In this document: positions 37,256 through 49,971 of the stretch, piece by piece
Numbering within the stretch: position 1 is the stretch's first letter
Layout: each line of letters starts with the position of its first letter
From: Okamejei kenojei
Lineage: Eukaryota
NCBI GenBank assembly: GCA_035221665.1
Contig: CM069174.1
Location: 10,664,001-10,728,000, forward strand
Direction of reading: 5' to 3'
Length of the DNA stretch: 64,000 bases
Made by a program: the position numbers and the translations under genes
The notes under the pieces: generated by a model
What the model saw: the letters and a program-made list of their open reading frames with translations, nothing else
The model's database searches: none
Told to the model about the DNA's origin: nothing

Positions 37256-37940
37256 AGGACAGTTGAGGCAGGTTCTATAACAGCATTTAAAAGACATTTG
37301 GACAGGTAGGAAAGATTTAAAGGGAGATGGGCCAAACATGGTCAAATGGGGCGAGTGTAGATGGTGCAATGTGGTTTGCATGGAAGAGTTGGGCCAAAGT
37401 GCCAAATTTCTTGCTTTATGATTCTGGTCACCAAGAAAGCTCAACTATTGATCTAGGCGCAAGTTCAAATTATACCAGAGCAGCTGGGGATTTCTATTTT
37501 ATGAAATCTGCAATTAAAATGAGAGGTTGTGGGATATTTTGCATCAAGGTGGCAGAACAGGACTCAATTTAATGTTTAAGGGGGCACTCGCTGCACCCGC
37601 TCGTTGCTGTAGCTAGTTTTGATTGTCTATCCAGGCCCATGTGGCGGCAGTGGTGTGCTGTATTGTTATAAAAATTCATCTGGTTCAGCAATATCGTTTT
37701 GGAAGGGAAACAAGTGACCTTGCTTCTATGTGACTCAGCTACCTGCCAAAATGGCAAGTAAGTTGCTCAGGTCAGAGCCACTTAGGAACAGGCATTACAT
37801 GTTACCTTTGCTAGTGATGCTCTTGCCCCACAAAATTCTGGAGCTATTGTCCTAAACCATTATATTTTGAATTCCCACCCAAGTGAATGTTTAGCCACTG
37901 GATATATTTAAGGCTGAGAATAGATTTTGTTTGCGAGTAA

Positions 37941-38225
<285 letters not shown>

Positions 38226-38883
38226 TAATTGGAAGGTGTACACTACCAGGGTTTAATTGAGAGAAAGGTGCAAATGAAGTTCCCCATACATGGAATTTCT
38301 AAAAGAAAGAAGACTGCAAAAAAAAAAGACATTAGTGCAAAAACTTAATTAGAGAAAAAACAAGTCCAAGGAAGAGCAAGAGACTGTAACATTCTGTTGC
38401 TATTATTCCGTATGCCAGTATATTCTTTCTTAAATAAGGGGGCCAGATGTAGAATTTAGTCTTTTGAACGAATCAGGCATTTATTGAGTTCTATAGCAAG
38501 TCCAGATCCAGTTGCTGGGCCCTGTTTTGATGCTGTCCATTAATTCTCCATCCCCTGCTTTAAATGGCTCTGCCAGAGTGGGGGCATCTTCAGCTGTCTT
38601 CAGTGCTCTGGAATTAGCTTCCTTGAACCTTTCTCTTTTTTCTTTGATAATCCTGCTGTGCATCTTGGGATGATTTTATTTTGAGCTTTTAAGTTAATTG
38701 CAACTTATTGTAGCCCGATTGGGTTGTGGGGATAGTTATAACCCCTCAGTTAAGTTTTAAAATGAGTCAAAAGCTATTAAAATGGTGTAGTTTAATGAAA
38801 TAACAGTGCTGTTATGGTCATATTTAATATTGTTACCCTGTGATTTAAAAAAGAAAAATGTATCTGCACTTTCTCCGCTTTAG

Positions 38884-39051
<168 letters not shown>

Positions 39052-39800
39052 TAAAGCATAATATATAATTGGAATGCTTTGTGCTTTGGTAGTTTTTACC
39101 AACATTTCCCACTTTTTATGCTAACTTTGCAAAGCTATATTTCCTTTAGAGTCAATAGTACTTTGATTAAAGCTAAACAGAAGTTCGACAGCTTATTTAG
39201 TCTTGCTAGCCCCATCCTGTTCTGGTCCAATCAATCAAGTACACTTTCAGCGGGAATCTGGAAAATGAATTGAATCCCCCCCCTCCCCAGCGTTTGGCCG
39301 CTGAACTGCTTTCTATCAGCTGGTATTTTGCTCTGTCTATAGAAACCTACACAAAGGATTCCACACTTTGTGTGGATAGAAAATCAGCTTGGATCTTGTG
39401 TCAACTTGGATTTACATTCTAAAACCAATGATGTCTAGGTTCCCTGTGCCTGTGCAATATTAGGAATCTTGCATAAGTATGATTTGCAAATGTCAAATTA
39501 AAAAAATTGGCATCAGTTTTGTCAGCATGCTTAGCCACGTAGGCAATGCACCCGTCCTGGGTTATTTCTTCCTGTTATATCATATTTATAGGAATATACT
39601 GTCACTTTGTGATCTTTTGCTGTGTTTGGAGGCAAGGATATTTTTTGAGTTATTGCTGCATGACTGTATTGCACTATCCCATTTCCACATTGGTGAGGGA
39701 GCACGTTGTCCTTTTCCCCTTTAACGGTAGATGTAGATTGACCTTGGCAGCAATGGGGGTTACTTTTCTGAAGCCTATCTTTTTCTTTTATTTAAACCAG

Positions 39801-39947
39801 AAGGATGACATCATTATTGACCGTCTGGGTGTGTGCACGGAAGAAGGTAAAAAAGTATTGCGGAATGGCGGACAGAATTTTACTGCAGTATTCCGACGAA
39901 TTGAGGGAAAAAACCTGAAGCTGACAAATGAAGGGAAAAAGTCCTGA
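39801..39947 (+). CDS. METTL1: METTL1 exon 6 (last coding exon)
   Basis: aaccag|KDDIIIDRLGVCTEEGKKVLRNGGQNFTAVFRRIEG..KKS*; TEEGKKV motif; total CDS 795 nt = 264 aa. Confidence 0.93.
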   Translation, partial: KDDIIIDRLGVCTEEGKKVLRNGGQNFTAVFRRIEGKNLKLTNEGKKS

Positions 39948-40098
39948 GGAGAGCACTTCTTGCCTTGATTTTACAAAGACAGTTGAAAGGCACGTTGCTC
40001 AGTTGGACAATACTGGGTGCCTTGTTTTAACCTCAGCCACTGGGACACTGCATTGAAGAATGCGCCACCTTTTTTACAAAAACCATGAAAGGAGACAA

Positions 40099-40104
40099 AA
40101 TAAA
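40099..40104 (+). terminator. Candidate METTL1 polyadenylation signal
   Basis: aataaa ~150 nt after the stop codon. Confidence 0.5.
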
Positions 40105-40365
40105 TCTGAGCAAGTGTTAATAACTATCATTGCGTGGTGGGTAGGTATTTTGCTGTGCCAACAGAAGCATTGAAAATCTGTCTGCTTGTGCCATTTTTGA
40201 GATGTTCTATTTATCCTTCATTAAAAAGTAAGGAACACATCATTATAATCATCCCTGTAGGAAATCCCGCTGAACAGTTTGCATCGCGAGTTATCACCAT
40301 GGCTGTTTATTCTAGCAAGTTTGCATTGTTGCTGTGAGATTTGTGTGCAAACATGTTAGTTCAGA

Positions 40366-40512
40366 AATAGACACAAAAAGCTCTGAAGAAGGGTCTTGAC
40401 CCAAAACGTCACCCATTCCTTCTCTTCAGAGATGCTGCCTGTCCCGCTGAGTTACTCCAGCATTTTTGTGTCTTATCTTCAGTTTAAACCAGCATCAGCA
40501 GTTCCTTCTTGC
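40366..40512 (+). mobile_element. Penelope-terminal-derived short element with hammerhead-like core
   Basis: 15-bp TSD acatgttagttcaga at 40351-40365 and 40513-40527; ctgaagaagggtcttgacccaaaacgtc at 40383-40410. Confidence 0.8.
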
Positions 40513-41425
40513 ACATGTTAGTTCAGAGACTTGCTTATACCCTAGCTTCTCGCACTGCTACAGAGACCACGCTTCAGAAATAATTTAGCAGCTTTGGAGC
40601 ATCTTGCAGTCATAAATAGTGATGCCTTTCTCTCTACACCCAAGGGAATTTATCACTCAGGCTCCAGGCTATGTTACTGTCCTAAATAATTTTGCCCTTT
40701 TTAGCATAACTGTCCTGTGTGCCATCTACGATCTGTCATAGGATCAACCAAGGCAAAAAGGTTGTGGGTTCAAATCCTATTTCAGACAACGAGCACAAAC
40801 TCCAGGCTGGCTCTGTAGTGTGGAACTGAGTGATGCGCTGTTGGAGGTTGCAAATGGTGATGTCTTTAATCTAAATATAAATCATCTGGCAACAAGGAAC
40901 ATTATGCCACTGTGCTGGCTAACTTTCCTCCCTCTGCATTTGCATCAAAAATGGATCATTGCTATCCATTTTGTTTACCATTCATGGGATCTTGCAGTGC
41001 TTAAGTGAACAGTTGCTTGTGCATATGCAACATTAACAACATTTTAGATTTTAATTATATTGCATTTTGCACCATCTTGAGGATGTAATGAGAAATTTCT
41101 TCATTTGTTTTTCCTTTCAACTTTATCTTTTAGCTGAAAATTGTATTAAAATTGACAGATCTTTTAGGAATAACTATTTTTGAAACCAAATTTATCGTCA
41201 TGTGGCCTTCAATCTTAATCCAAGTCAAAATATATTTTATTCATTATTCTCATCGGTTTCATTGAACAATTTTTGTATAAGCCAGGGTAGTCTTCCAGCA
41301 CAGAGACAGGCTGGGGAGACACGAGACAGAAAATGCTGGAATCTTGAACAAAAAAACAAACTGCTGGAGGGGTAATCTTCTGTCTACTCACAGAAATGGG
41401 TCGTTCAGCCCACTGTGCCTATGCT

Positions 41426-41731
41426 TCTTCTGTCGTATGTCTTTTATACCTTCAGCTCCGTTGAGGCGAGCCAGGCCAAGTGTCATCGTCCAGGTCAATC
41501 AGACCTTGTTCACCATTCGGTGGCCGGTGTTTGGGGCAACTGGTGACTGTGTGCTCCACTGTCTGTGTTGGGTCCCCACACTCGCAGGAGGCGCTCGCTG
41601 TCCACAAGGCCCCACCTCTTCATCACTACTCCATAGTGTCCGATGCCGGTCCTCAAGCGGTTGAGGGTTGTCCACTGCTTTCAGGGCAGGTCCTGGCCAG
41701 GGACGTCCATGGGATCATCGATGTAATGGTG
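41426..41731 (-). mobile_element. Vingi/Ingi-like LINE 3' end
   Basis: Minus strand PGQDLP*KQWTTLNRLRTGIGHYG..KRWGL..SCECGDPTQTVEHTVTSCP (CCHC-like), ending catacgacagaagaag; 12-bp TSD tgtgcctatgct at 41414-41425 and 41732-41743. Confidence 0.75.
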
Positions 41732-41759
41732 TGTGCCTATGCTGACCATCAAATACCCA

Positions 41760-42180
41760 TCTATACTGCTCCCATTTACCAGCACTTCTTCCTGAGCCTT
41801 CTTTGCCTTGGTGATTCAAGTTCTCATGTAAATACTTAAATGTTGTTGGTCTCTGGATGAAAAAAACTCCTTCCTCAGGTTCTGGCCTCTCATCTTAAAC
41901 TGAAAGCATCTGATTTTGGACACCTCGGTTATAGGGAATGGTTTCATATCAGCTATCTTATTTATACCCCTCATAAATTTGTACACTGCCACCTCTGCCT
42001 CCTCCACTCCAAGGAACATGAGCCCAGCCTTCATAGAGCACTTCAGTTAAGAGGAGAGACTATCTCAGGCAACATCCTGATGAATGTCCTCTGCACTCTT
42101 CCAGTGCAGCCACAGCGTTCCTTTAGTGTGGTGACCAAAACTGTGCACAGCCCTTCAACTGCCTCAGGTACACTTTGACA
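41760..42180 (-). mobile_element. Degenerate HER1/CR1 LINE 3' region
   Basis: Minus strand remnants such as RVQRTFIRMLP and VYKFMRGINK. Confidence 0.6.
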
Positions 42181-44769
42181 CCAGTCATAGATCACGTTTT
42201 GCTGTTCTATCTTCGACACTGATTCTTTGGCCATTTGCATTGAAATTGCTTTGGTTTCAGACAGGTGGTTGGTAACTACAGCACAGGGCTTGTAAAAGGA
42301 CAATAATTAACCAAAAGGTTCATCATATGAGTTAAGGCTCTAAATACCAAAATGCATACATGGCCTTATGACCCAGAATATGGAGCTTAGATAAGGATTA
42401 TTTTTGGTTTAAGGGAGTATTTTGTAGGCTTGTTCATGTCCTTACAAATAAAAAAATAGTTTAAAAATAAATATCTGGAATTTGTCCCAGGTTAGCAGAC
42501 ACCCTTCCATTTTCTGTTTATTTTTGCTTATATCTTTGAGTTATGAAACTGTTTTGATGGAATTAGAATTCAGAATTTAAAAACTACAGGTTTCTAACCA
42601 TAGATTTGGTGTCTTCAGAAAAAGCTTTCAGTTGCCGACCACCATAGGTACTGCTGCTTTTGGTATAAAATTATTGTCTTGTGTAAGATAATTGTTCTAA
42701 GGTATTTTTGCAGTCAGTGGCTTGACCTATGTGGTCACCAGGATTACAGTGCAGGATTGACATCTATTGATCTTGATGGGTTGTGTTTGCACGTAAAACT
42801 AAACCTAAATGGAAAGCTTTGCCCTGGCGATCTGCCCAGCTTGGAACAATTAAATGAAGTATTTGCTCAGGACTCTGTGTCACTTGGCTTGAGTTGATGG
42901 TCATTCTCTGACAGAAAGTCCAAATCTGTAGTGTCCAATGTGTGATCTCAAAACATTATGCAAAAGAAAACAAAATCATGTCACTGAACACACTGTTCAT
43001 TCGGTGTATTGAAAACAAATAATGGGTTTAGGAATTGATTCAATATTTAAATTGTACACCACCTGGTTTTGTAATTCTTATTGACCATTCCAGTGGAGTG
43101 ACATTTATGTTATTGAAGTATTCATTCTATTTAACAACCATTGACATAACAGTGTTAAAAGCTAACAGTTTTTAAATACGGAAATGTAGCTGTGCTTGGA
43201 ACCTAGAAAATCAACAAAGATTTTTAAATCAGTTGAATTATTGAAATGAAAATAGTCCATTAATGAATGTTATGTTGATTGATTTTTGAGAATGTTGCCA
43301 CAAAAATTACATTGTAAATAGCGATTGTCAATGACAGCTTCCATTAAATGTAAATGTGGCTGGAACTTGCCTGGATGTGTGTAAATGCAACAACTCCAGA
43401 GAAGCTTAACACTGCACCATCCAGGGTAATGTGGTCCACTTGACACCCCATCCACCAGTGCTACATAGGGCCAGTATGTTTCTCATCTGGCCCAGCCAGA
43501 GGAATAAGAGCACCTGATGCAAGTGAACACCACCACTTGCAGGTTCCCCTCCAAATCACATACCAGCCCTACTTGTCGCCATTCTTTTCTTGTCGCTGGG
43601 TCTAAATGTTGGTGCTTTCTGCTTAATAGCACAGTGGAATGAAAATTGTATAAAAAGTCAAACTACAGGTGCTGTAAATCTGATATCAAAACAGAGGCTA
43701 ATGGAAATGCCCAGCACGTCGGAGAGTAGTTGTGGAATGAAATAACTAACGTTTCTGGTCCCAATTCTGACCAAGGTCTCGGCCTGAACTCTTTCTCCAC
43801 TGCCACTTCGCAACCTGCCTCATGTTTCCAGCATTTCCTGTTTTTATTAACATAGTGAGAACTCCTTCACCAGTGGTTCGAGCAGCGTACTCGCCACTAC
43901 CTTCATAAGAGGAATAAGGAAAATTTAAAAACGCACTGATTTCTCATGGTGGAGGGCGATAAACGTGCCCCCACCCTCCTCCTCTTCTCCACAACCAAAA
44001 TATAAACAGGTGAAATCTGAACCTTGGACTGGACCCTTTCAAGATCTGTGCAGAATCATCTTTTTTTTTAAAGAACTCATAAATTTCTTCATTCGATGAT
44101 TTGGAAATCAGATACAGAATGTCACGAAAGGGGATTCTGTTGTAATATGTGTACTGCTCCGCACAGGACATTATGCCGCTGCGTGTTGCAAGACATTGTA
44201 ATCCAATGCTTTTTTCTTGTAGTTTTCCATTTGTAACGTTGCCCCATCACTAGGTGCTTTTGTGTACCCTGACAAAAGGACAGTGCGAGTCACCGAGAGC
44301 TCTGATTGTGAGAGGGGGTTGTTGGTTACGAGGTCATGACACCTCGTCATCAGTATAACTTCGGTTTTCAAAATGCATCTGTTTCCAACTTAAAGCAGGG
44401 AAATATTAATATGAAAATCACCAACTGACCAAAACTCTGCAAATTTACTGTATTAAACATTGGCGTTACCCGATCCTCTTACCGACGAGGGATGGAGAAA
44501 TGAGCAACACATTCCAAAACCTTCACAAGAAGGCCATTTTCTTACATAGGGCCAAATCTGGGTGAAATCGGGAACTGGAGCCCTAACTTCGATGAAGGTA
44601 GAAGACCATACATGTTCAATATATTTATAAATTAACCGGTCTTAAATAACATAAAATAATGTCAACCAGCCTGCAGTGGGTGAAGCGAGTGTTGGGGTGT
44701 CAAATCTTGTGCCCATAGAGTGTATATGGTTCCTAAGAGATACCGTGGGTCATCTCTTAAAAAGGAATG

Positions 44770-45125
44770 GGCGGCACAGAGCCGCTGCCTCACAGCGTCA
44801 GAGACCCGGGTTCGATCCTGGTGCTGTCTGTGTGGAGTTTTGCACGTTCTCCCAGTGACCGTGTGGGTTTTCTCCGGGAGCTCCGATTTCATCCAACACC
44901 CCAAAGTCCTGCGTGTTTGCAGGTTAATTGGGCTTCGATAAATTGACCGGAGCGTGTAGGGAGTGGATGAAAAAATTGGATAGCATAGAACTAGTGTGTG
45001 AACTCTAGTCATCTCCTTCGCTCCTTAGATGCTGCTGCACCCGCTGAGTTTCTCCAGCTTTTTGTGTACGCTAGTGTATGAACTCCATGGGCCGAAGGTT
45101 TTTTTTTCCGTGTTGTTTTTCTTAA
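44770..45125 (+). mobile_element. HE1-type SINE with a nested Penelope-terminal fragment (45006-45070)
   Basis: gagacccgggttcgatcc B box; nested piece flanked by ctagtgt(g/a)tgaactc duplication at 44991-45005 and 45071-45085. Confidence 0.7.
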
Positions 45126-45399
45126 GTACTAAGAATGGGACACAGAGTGCTGGAGCAACTCAGCCGGTCAGGCAGCACCTGGAGAACATGGATAGGCAAC
45201 GTTTCGGGTCGGGATCTGTTTCAATGTATTTATAAAATCGACTGGTCTTAAATACTATAATGCAATATCCCCCTTCACGCTCAAATGAATAAATAAAAAT
45301 ACTGCTGTCAGTTTTGAAATGTGACCATGTTTAAAAATAACAGACACGCAGCCATTTCATATTTTATTTTCTCCCGCTACCATGAACCATCAATCTCGC

Positions 45400-45650
45400 T
45401 CCGATGTCTGGAGTGTCCCATGAAATATCTGGCGCCGAACAACAGAAGCCGCGTGTCGTCTTGATTGGTTCGGCCGCTTATTAATATTTATAGTCGGAAA
45501 GATACATCCGCAGCTCAGCTCCTGATCGGTCAATTTACCGAGCCCCCTCCCCTCTCGCCGTCAACCTTGGTTGACAGCCACTGCTGCATCAATATAAACC
45601 CAGCAGAATGAAGGTGAGGATGATTGCACTGTTTTAACAGGGTACCTGCG
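45400..45650 (+). promoter_or_regulatory. Putative CYP27B1 proximal promoter
   Basis: CpG-enriched; inverted CCAAT (gattgg ~45463) and tataaa at 45593-45598 upstream of ATG 45651. Confidence 0.55.
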
Positions 45651-45836
45651 ATGTCTTTACTTCTAAAGCTAGCTAACCGCTTCCCTGTGTGCGGCAGGTA
45701 TGTTGCAGGGATGCTGGCGAAGCCAGTTCTGGCCAAGAGTCCGACAACTCTCGCTGACATGCCGGGTCCTAGCGCTGTCCGCTTTGCCTACGATCTCTTC
45801 TTCAATAAAGGGATTTCCAGGTTACACGAGCTGCAG
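45651..45836 (+). CDS. CYP27B1: 25-hydroxyvitamin D 1-alpha-hydroxylase CYP27B1 exon 1 (mitochondrial targeting peptide)
   Basis: MSLLLKLANRFPVCGRY..TLADMPGPS..DLFFNKGISRLHELQ|gtaaga; basic presequence and PGP motif. Confidence 0.9.
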
Positions 45837-46488
45837 GTAAGAACAACTTGTTCTAACATCATTAAAAACACACCCAGACTGATGTTTGAGTGTTGCCTGA
45901 CTTGTTGGGTATTTCCAGCACATTTTACGTTTATTTCGAAATTCCAGTATTTTGCTTCTAATATTTTGCTGTCCCTGTTTAATTAGAGGTTCCTCTCAGG
46001 ATATCAGAGTCTTGACTGAATTATCGGTTCATAGTGCTACTTGCTAACTGTACTCAGAATCACACAGCACAACAAAGGAGAAGGCTATTTGTCCCATTAA
46101 GCCTGAGCCAGCTCTGCGAAAGCTTTCCATTGGCTCACTCACTCCACAGCCTGGCACATTGCCCCCTCTAGTGTTTCCGTGATTTCCCCCTTCCTATTGT
46201 AAGCATCTCTAAATTATCTCTCCTATAATCTGATTAAAATAAAAATATTCACAAGTATTAACTATTTTTTATGAATTTGGGTAATAGCCCTGCCCATCCC
46301 CAACAGAAGCGCGTGTTAAGCTGCCTACTTGACCCGCTGAAAATGATCCCAAGGTGTTGTTGGCTCAGAAATCCCAAGGACTAGAAACATAGAAAACGTC
46401 GGAAAATAGGTGCAGGAGTAAAGCCACCTGTCCCTTCGGACCAGCACCGCCATTCAATATGATCATGGCTCATCATCTAAAGTCAGTA

Positions 46489-46653
46489 GGTACACAAAAA
46501 GCTGGAGAAACTCAGCGGGTGCAGCAGCATCTAAGGAGCGAAGGAGATAGGCGACGTTTCGGGTCGAGACCCTTCTTCAGACTGCACCCGCTGAGTTTCT
46601 CCAGCTTTTTGTGTACCCTCGATTCTCCAGCATCTGCAGTTCCTTCTTTAAAA
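46489..46653 (-). mobile_element. Fold-back Penelope-terminal-derived element with intact minimal hammerhead core
   Basis: 14-bp TSD atctaaagtcagta at 46475-46488 and 46654-46667; inverted arms gtacacaaaaagctggagaaactcagcgggtgcag / ctgcacccgctgagtttctccagctttttgtgtac. Confidence 0.85.
46553..46580 (-). ncRNA. Minimal type I hammerhead ribozyme motif (PLE-associated)
   Basis: Minus strand CUGAAGA-A-GGGUCUCGACCC-GAAA-CG-UC: CUGANGA box, helix II, GAAA box, palindromic ACGU helix III, GUC site; helix I is weak. Confidence 0.65.
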
Positions 46654-47424
46654 ATCTAAAGTCAGTACCCTGTTTCTGCTTTTTCCTCATATCCCTCAAT
46701 TCCTTTTGCCCGAAGAGCTAAATCTAACTCTAACTCTATTTTGAACTGTCTCTCTAGACTACAGTCTAGAGTTGTGGTGTCACTGGACGTAGGAGGGTTG
46801 GGCCTGTGTAACTGCCTCTCTATGCTTCACTAGTGCAATGTCTTAAGGAGGAAACATGGGTGGCATTAACTAGAGTCATACAGCACGGAAACATGCGTTT
46901 GGCCCATATCCCTCTAAAACGTTCCTATCGTGCACCTGTCGAAATGTCTTTAAAATGTTGTTATAGTGCCTGCTTCAACGACCTCCTCTGGCAAGCTCGT
47001 TCCATGTACTCACCACCCTCTGTGTGAAAAAGTTACCCCTATTCTTGTTGTAAGAGATTTGATTGAATTGCTGGTACAATTGACATAAATATAATTATGA
47101 ATAAAGACCCTTCTGCAAACAAAAGTCTCAAAAGGCCAGCAACCTCTCACCTCAACGAATGTCAATCTGTTTTCTTTTTTAAATAAGTCAATTCATGCCC
47201 AGTCGGCTGCAAACTCTGGGACACATGGACCTGCAGGTTGGGGGATGATTTTAAGGAAATAAACCCTGTTGTGCTGTTGGTTGGTTGGCTTTGGACCCTC
47301 TTTTGAAATGGCCTTCTTCAAGCTCCTCTGACTCAGGCAGAACTGGGGAACTGAAGGGTTAAACGGTCACCATATTAACATCCTCGGCCACATTCCCATC
47401 TGAAGAAGCGTCCTAACCCAAAAC

Positions 47425-47912
47425 CTCTGAGGAAGGAGGTGCTGGCATTGGGAGGGTCCAGAGGAGGTTTAGAGAATGATCCCAGGGATGATTGAATTAA
47501 CATATCAGAAGCATTTGATGGCACTGGGCATGTACTCACAGGCATTTAGAAGGTTGAGGGGGATCTCATTGAAATCTAGTAATAATGAAAGGCCTGGAAA
47601 GAGTGGATGTTTCCAGTGATGGGAGAGTCTAGGACAAGAGGGCACGGCCTCAGAATAAAAGGACGTACCTTTAGAATGGAGATGAGGAATTTATTTAGCC
47701 AGAGGGTGAAACTGTGAAATTTATTGCACAGACAGCTGTGGAATCCGAGACATTGGGTATTTTTAAAGTGGAGATTGATAGGTTATTGATCAATAAAGGT
47801 GTCAAAGGTTACGGGAGAATGGGTTTGAGAGGGGAAAAATAGATCAGCCATGATCAAATGGTGGAGCAGATACGATGGGGCAGAATCGCTTAATTCTGCA
47901 TCTGTGTTATGG
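47425..47912 (+). mobile_element. HER1/CR1 LINE 3' fragment in CYP27B1 intron 1
   Basis: agggtccagaggaggtt..agaaggttgagggggatctcattgaaa..agatcagccatgatc..tail; same family as 54400-54660. Confidence 0.7.
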
Positions 47913-48044
47913 TCACCTAACCACGTTCTCCAGAGATGCTGCCTGACCCACTGAGTTACTCCAGCACTTTGTGTGTCTTATTTTGTAAACCAGCATCTGC
48001 AGTGCCTTGTTTCTCTCTTCTTCATCCTCCCTCTTGTTTAACAG

Positions 48045-48235
48045 CTTGAGGGCAAGGCGAAGTACGGGCCAGTGTGGAAGGCCCGTTTTGGCCCCATCCT
48101 CACCGTACACATTGCAGATGCAGCGTTAATCGAACAAGTCTTGCGGCAGGAGGGCCAGCACCCAATCCGATCAGATTTGTCGTCTTGGAAAGATTACAGG
48201 CAGCACCGAGGACACGCATACGGGCTCCTCACTGC
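48045..48235 (+). CDS. CYP27B1: CYP27B1 exon 2
   Basis: ttaacag|LEGKAKYGPVWKARFGPILTVHIADAALIEQVLRQEGQHPIRSDLSSWKDYRQHRGHAYGLLT-gc|gtgagt; 191 bp. Confidence 0.95.
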
Positions 48236-48829
48236 GTGAGTAGATCGCCGTGGCTGGGTGTCTCTACACTGCTCAGGGAAGGGGTTAGACCACAGGCCTG
48301 CCCCCGTGCCTCAGACCCCTCAGCACAAATGGAAGCGTGGGTGGTGGAGTGCTCCTGATACCCCGGCAAACAATCTGCAGCAAAAAACGAAAATGCCATA
48401 AACACTCAGCAGGTCAGGCAGCATCCTTGGAGAAAGAAACAAGAGTTAATGTCGTCGATTGATAATGTTAACTCTTCCTCCATGGATGTTGCCGGGCTGC
48501 CCAGTAATTCCAGCTTTTTTGGCTTTGTTTCAGATTTCCAACATCCGCTAGGTTTTTTTATTTTTGGGGTCGTGTACAGATAGACAATGTGTTTTATTTT
48601 TTCCTTTAGGGGAGTTAGTCAGACGTTTCTGAAGGGAGAATATTAAAGCGAGAGACTGGGGCAGATCAGAGAGGATCATATTGAAAGGTGGGGCAGGCAT
48701 GAGGGGCCGAGTGGCCTAGTCCAGTCACTGCACAATGCAGTCGATTGGTACCCAGATCTGCGGATGGCAGTGCCGGTGAGTGTACATGACGGTTCTCCCA
48801 CCTGAACTCAGAGTCTTTCTTTCTTGCAG

Positions 48830-49026
48830 CGAGGGCGAGGAGTGGCAGGAACTCCGCAGCACGCTCAGCAAGCACATGCTGAAGCCCAAGCAAGTGGCGG
48901 CGTACGACGGTGTTCTTAACGATGTCATCACTGACCTGGTCCTTCGCCTGCGTCAGCAGAGGGCAACCAGCAGCCGCCTCCTGGTCAGGGACTTGGCTGG
49001 CGAGTTCTACAAGTTTGGATTGGAAG
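48830..49026 (+). CDS. CYP27B1: CYP27B1 exon 3
   Basis: ttgcag|(A)[32 protein letters not shown]-g|gtgagg; WxxxR motif; 197 bp. Confidence 0.95.
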
Positions 49027-49592
49027 GTGAGGGATAAAGAATCAGCAGCTTCTTCCCACTCCACCTTCAGACCCTGCTCCAGCCCAGATGAATGGTCTTG
49101 GAGCTCAAGCGTTCACTCTGTTTCCCTCTCTGTGGGTGCAGTCCGACCTGCTGTGTATTTCCAGCACTCTGATTTTATTTCAGATTTCCAGCATCTGCAG
49201 CAATTTTCTTCATCAATTCACTCCAACCTTTCTTGCCCTGGGGGAGATGGTATCTTAATCCAAGTGGGAATCTCAGAGGATGGGCCAGTTTTGTTTTTGC
49301 ATGCTCTCCCTTCAACTACTGCAGAGTGTTCAAATTCCCTGCTTTGACAGTAGAATTGGTAGGGGCAGCCGATAATGCCCTTGTCCCGGGCTCCCGTGGT
49401 GTATCCCGACCACCCCTCCCAGTGCCCGGCATCCCAAGCTTGTGAGAGATGCAGAAGAAGTTGGGGTGAGGGCAGCTTACCTAGACCACACTCCTGAAAC
49501 TGGAGTAGGATGAAAGGACCTTCTGGCGCTCCAGGCTAAATTCAGAAAAAACCACATGACTTGTATGTTAATTCACTGCCCACTCTTCCTAG

Positions 49593-49793
49593 GTATCTCC
49601 GCGGTGCTCTTTGAGACCCGGATTGGCTGCCTCAAGACGGACGTTCCCAAAGAAACAGAAGACTTTATCCAGTCAATTAACACCATGTTCCAAATGACGC
49701 TCCTCACCATGGCCATGCCCAAGTTCCTGCACAAAATCTACCCGGGACCCTGGCAGAGATTTGTCGCCTGCTGGGATTACATGTTCGCCTTTG
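49593..49793 (+). CDS. CYP27B1: CYP27B1 exon 4
   Basis: tcctag|(G)ISAVLFETRIGCL..TLLTMAMP..PGPWQRFVACWDYMFAF-g|gtgagg; 201 bp. Confidence 0.95.
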
Positions 49794-49971
49794 GTGAGGA
49801 GTTTGTGTTGTCGATATGTTGAGGCTGAGGGATTGAAGCAGGAATGTTGTCTGAGTGAGGTTCTCTTTGTGGGTGGTAGAGACCGATGAGAGCGAAGAGA
49901 GAGAGACATAAAGATACAGGGAACTGCAGATGCTGGAATCTTAAACAAACCATTAAATATTGGATGAGCTC

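Noticed and set aside
45608-45640. Upstream ATG with gtgagg..ttttaacag suggesting an extra CYP27B1 micro-exon or a uORF (MKVRMIALF*)
   Set aside because: The implied intron is only 27 nt, too short, and the ATG lies 10 nt after the TATA-like box, probably upstream of the transcription start
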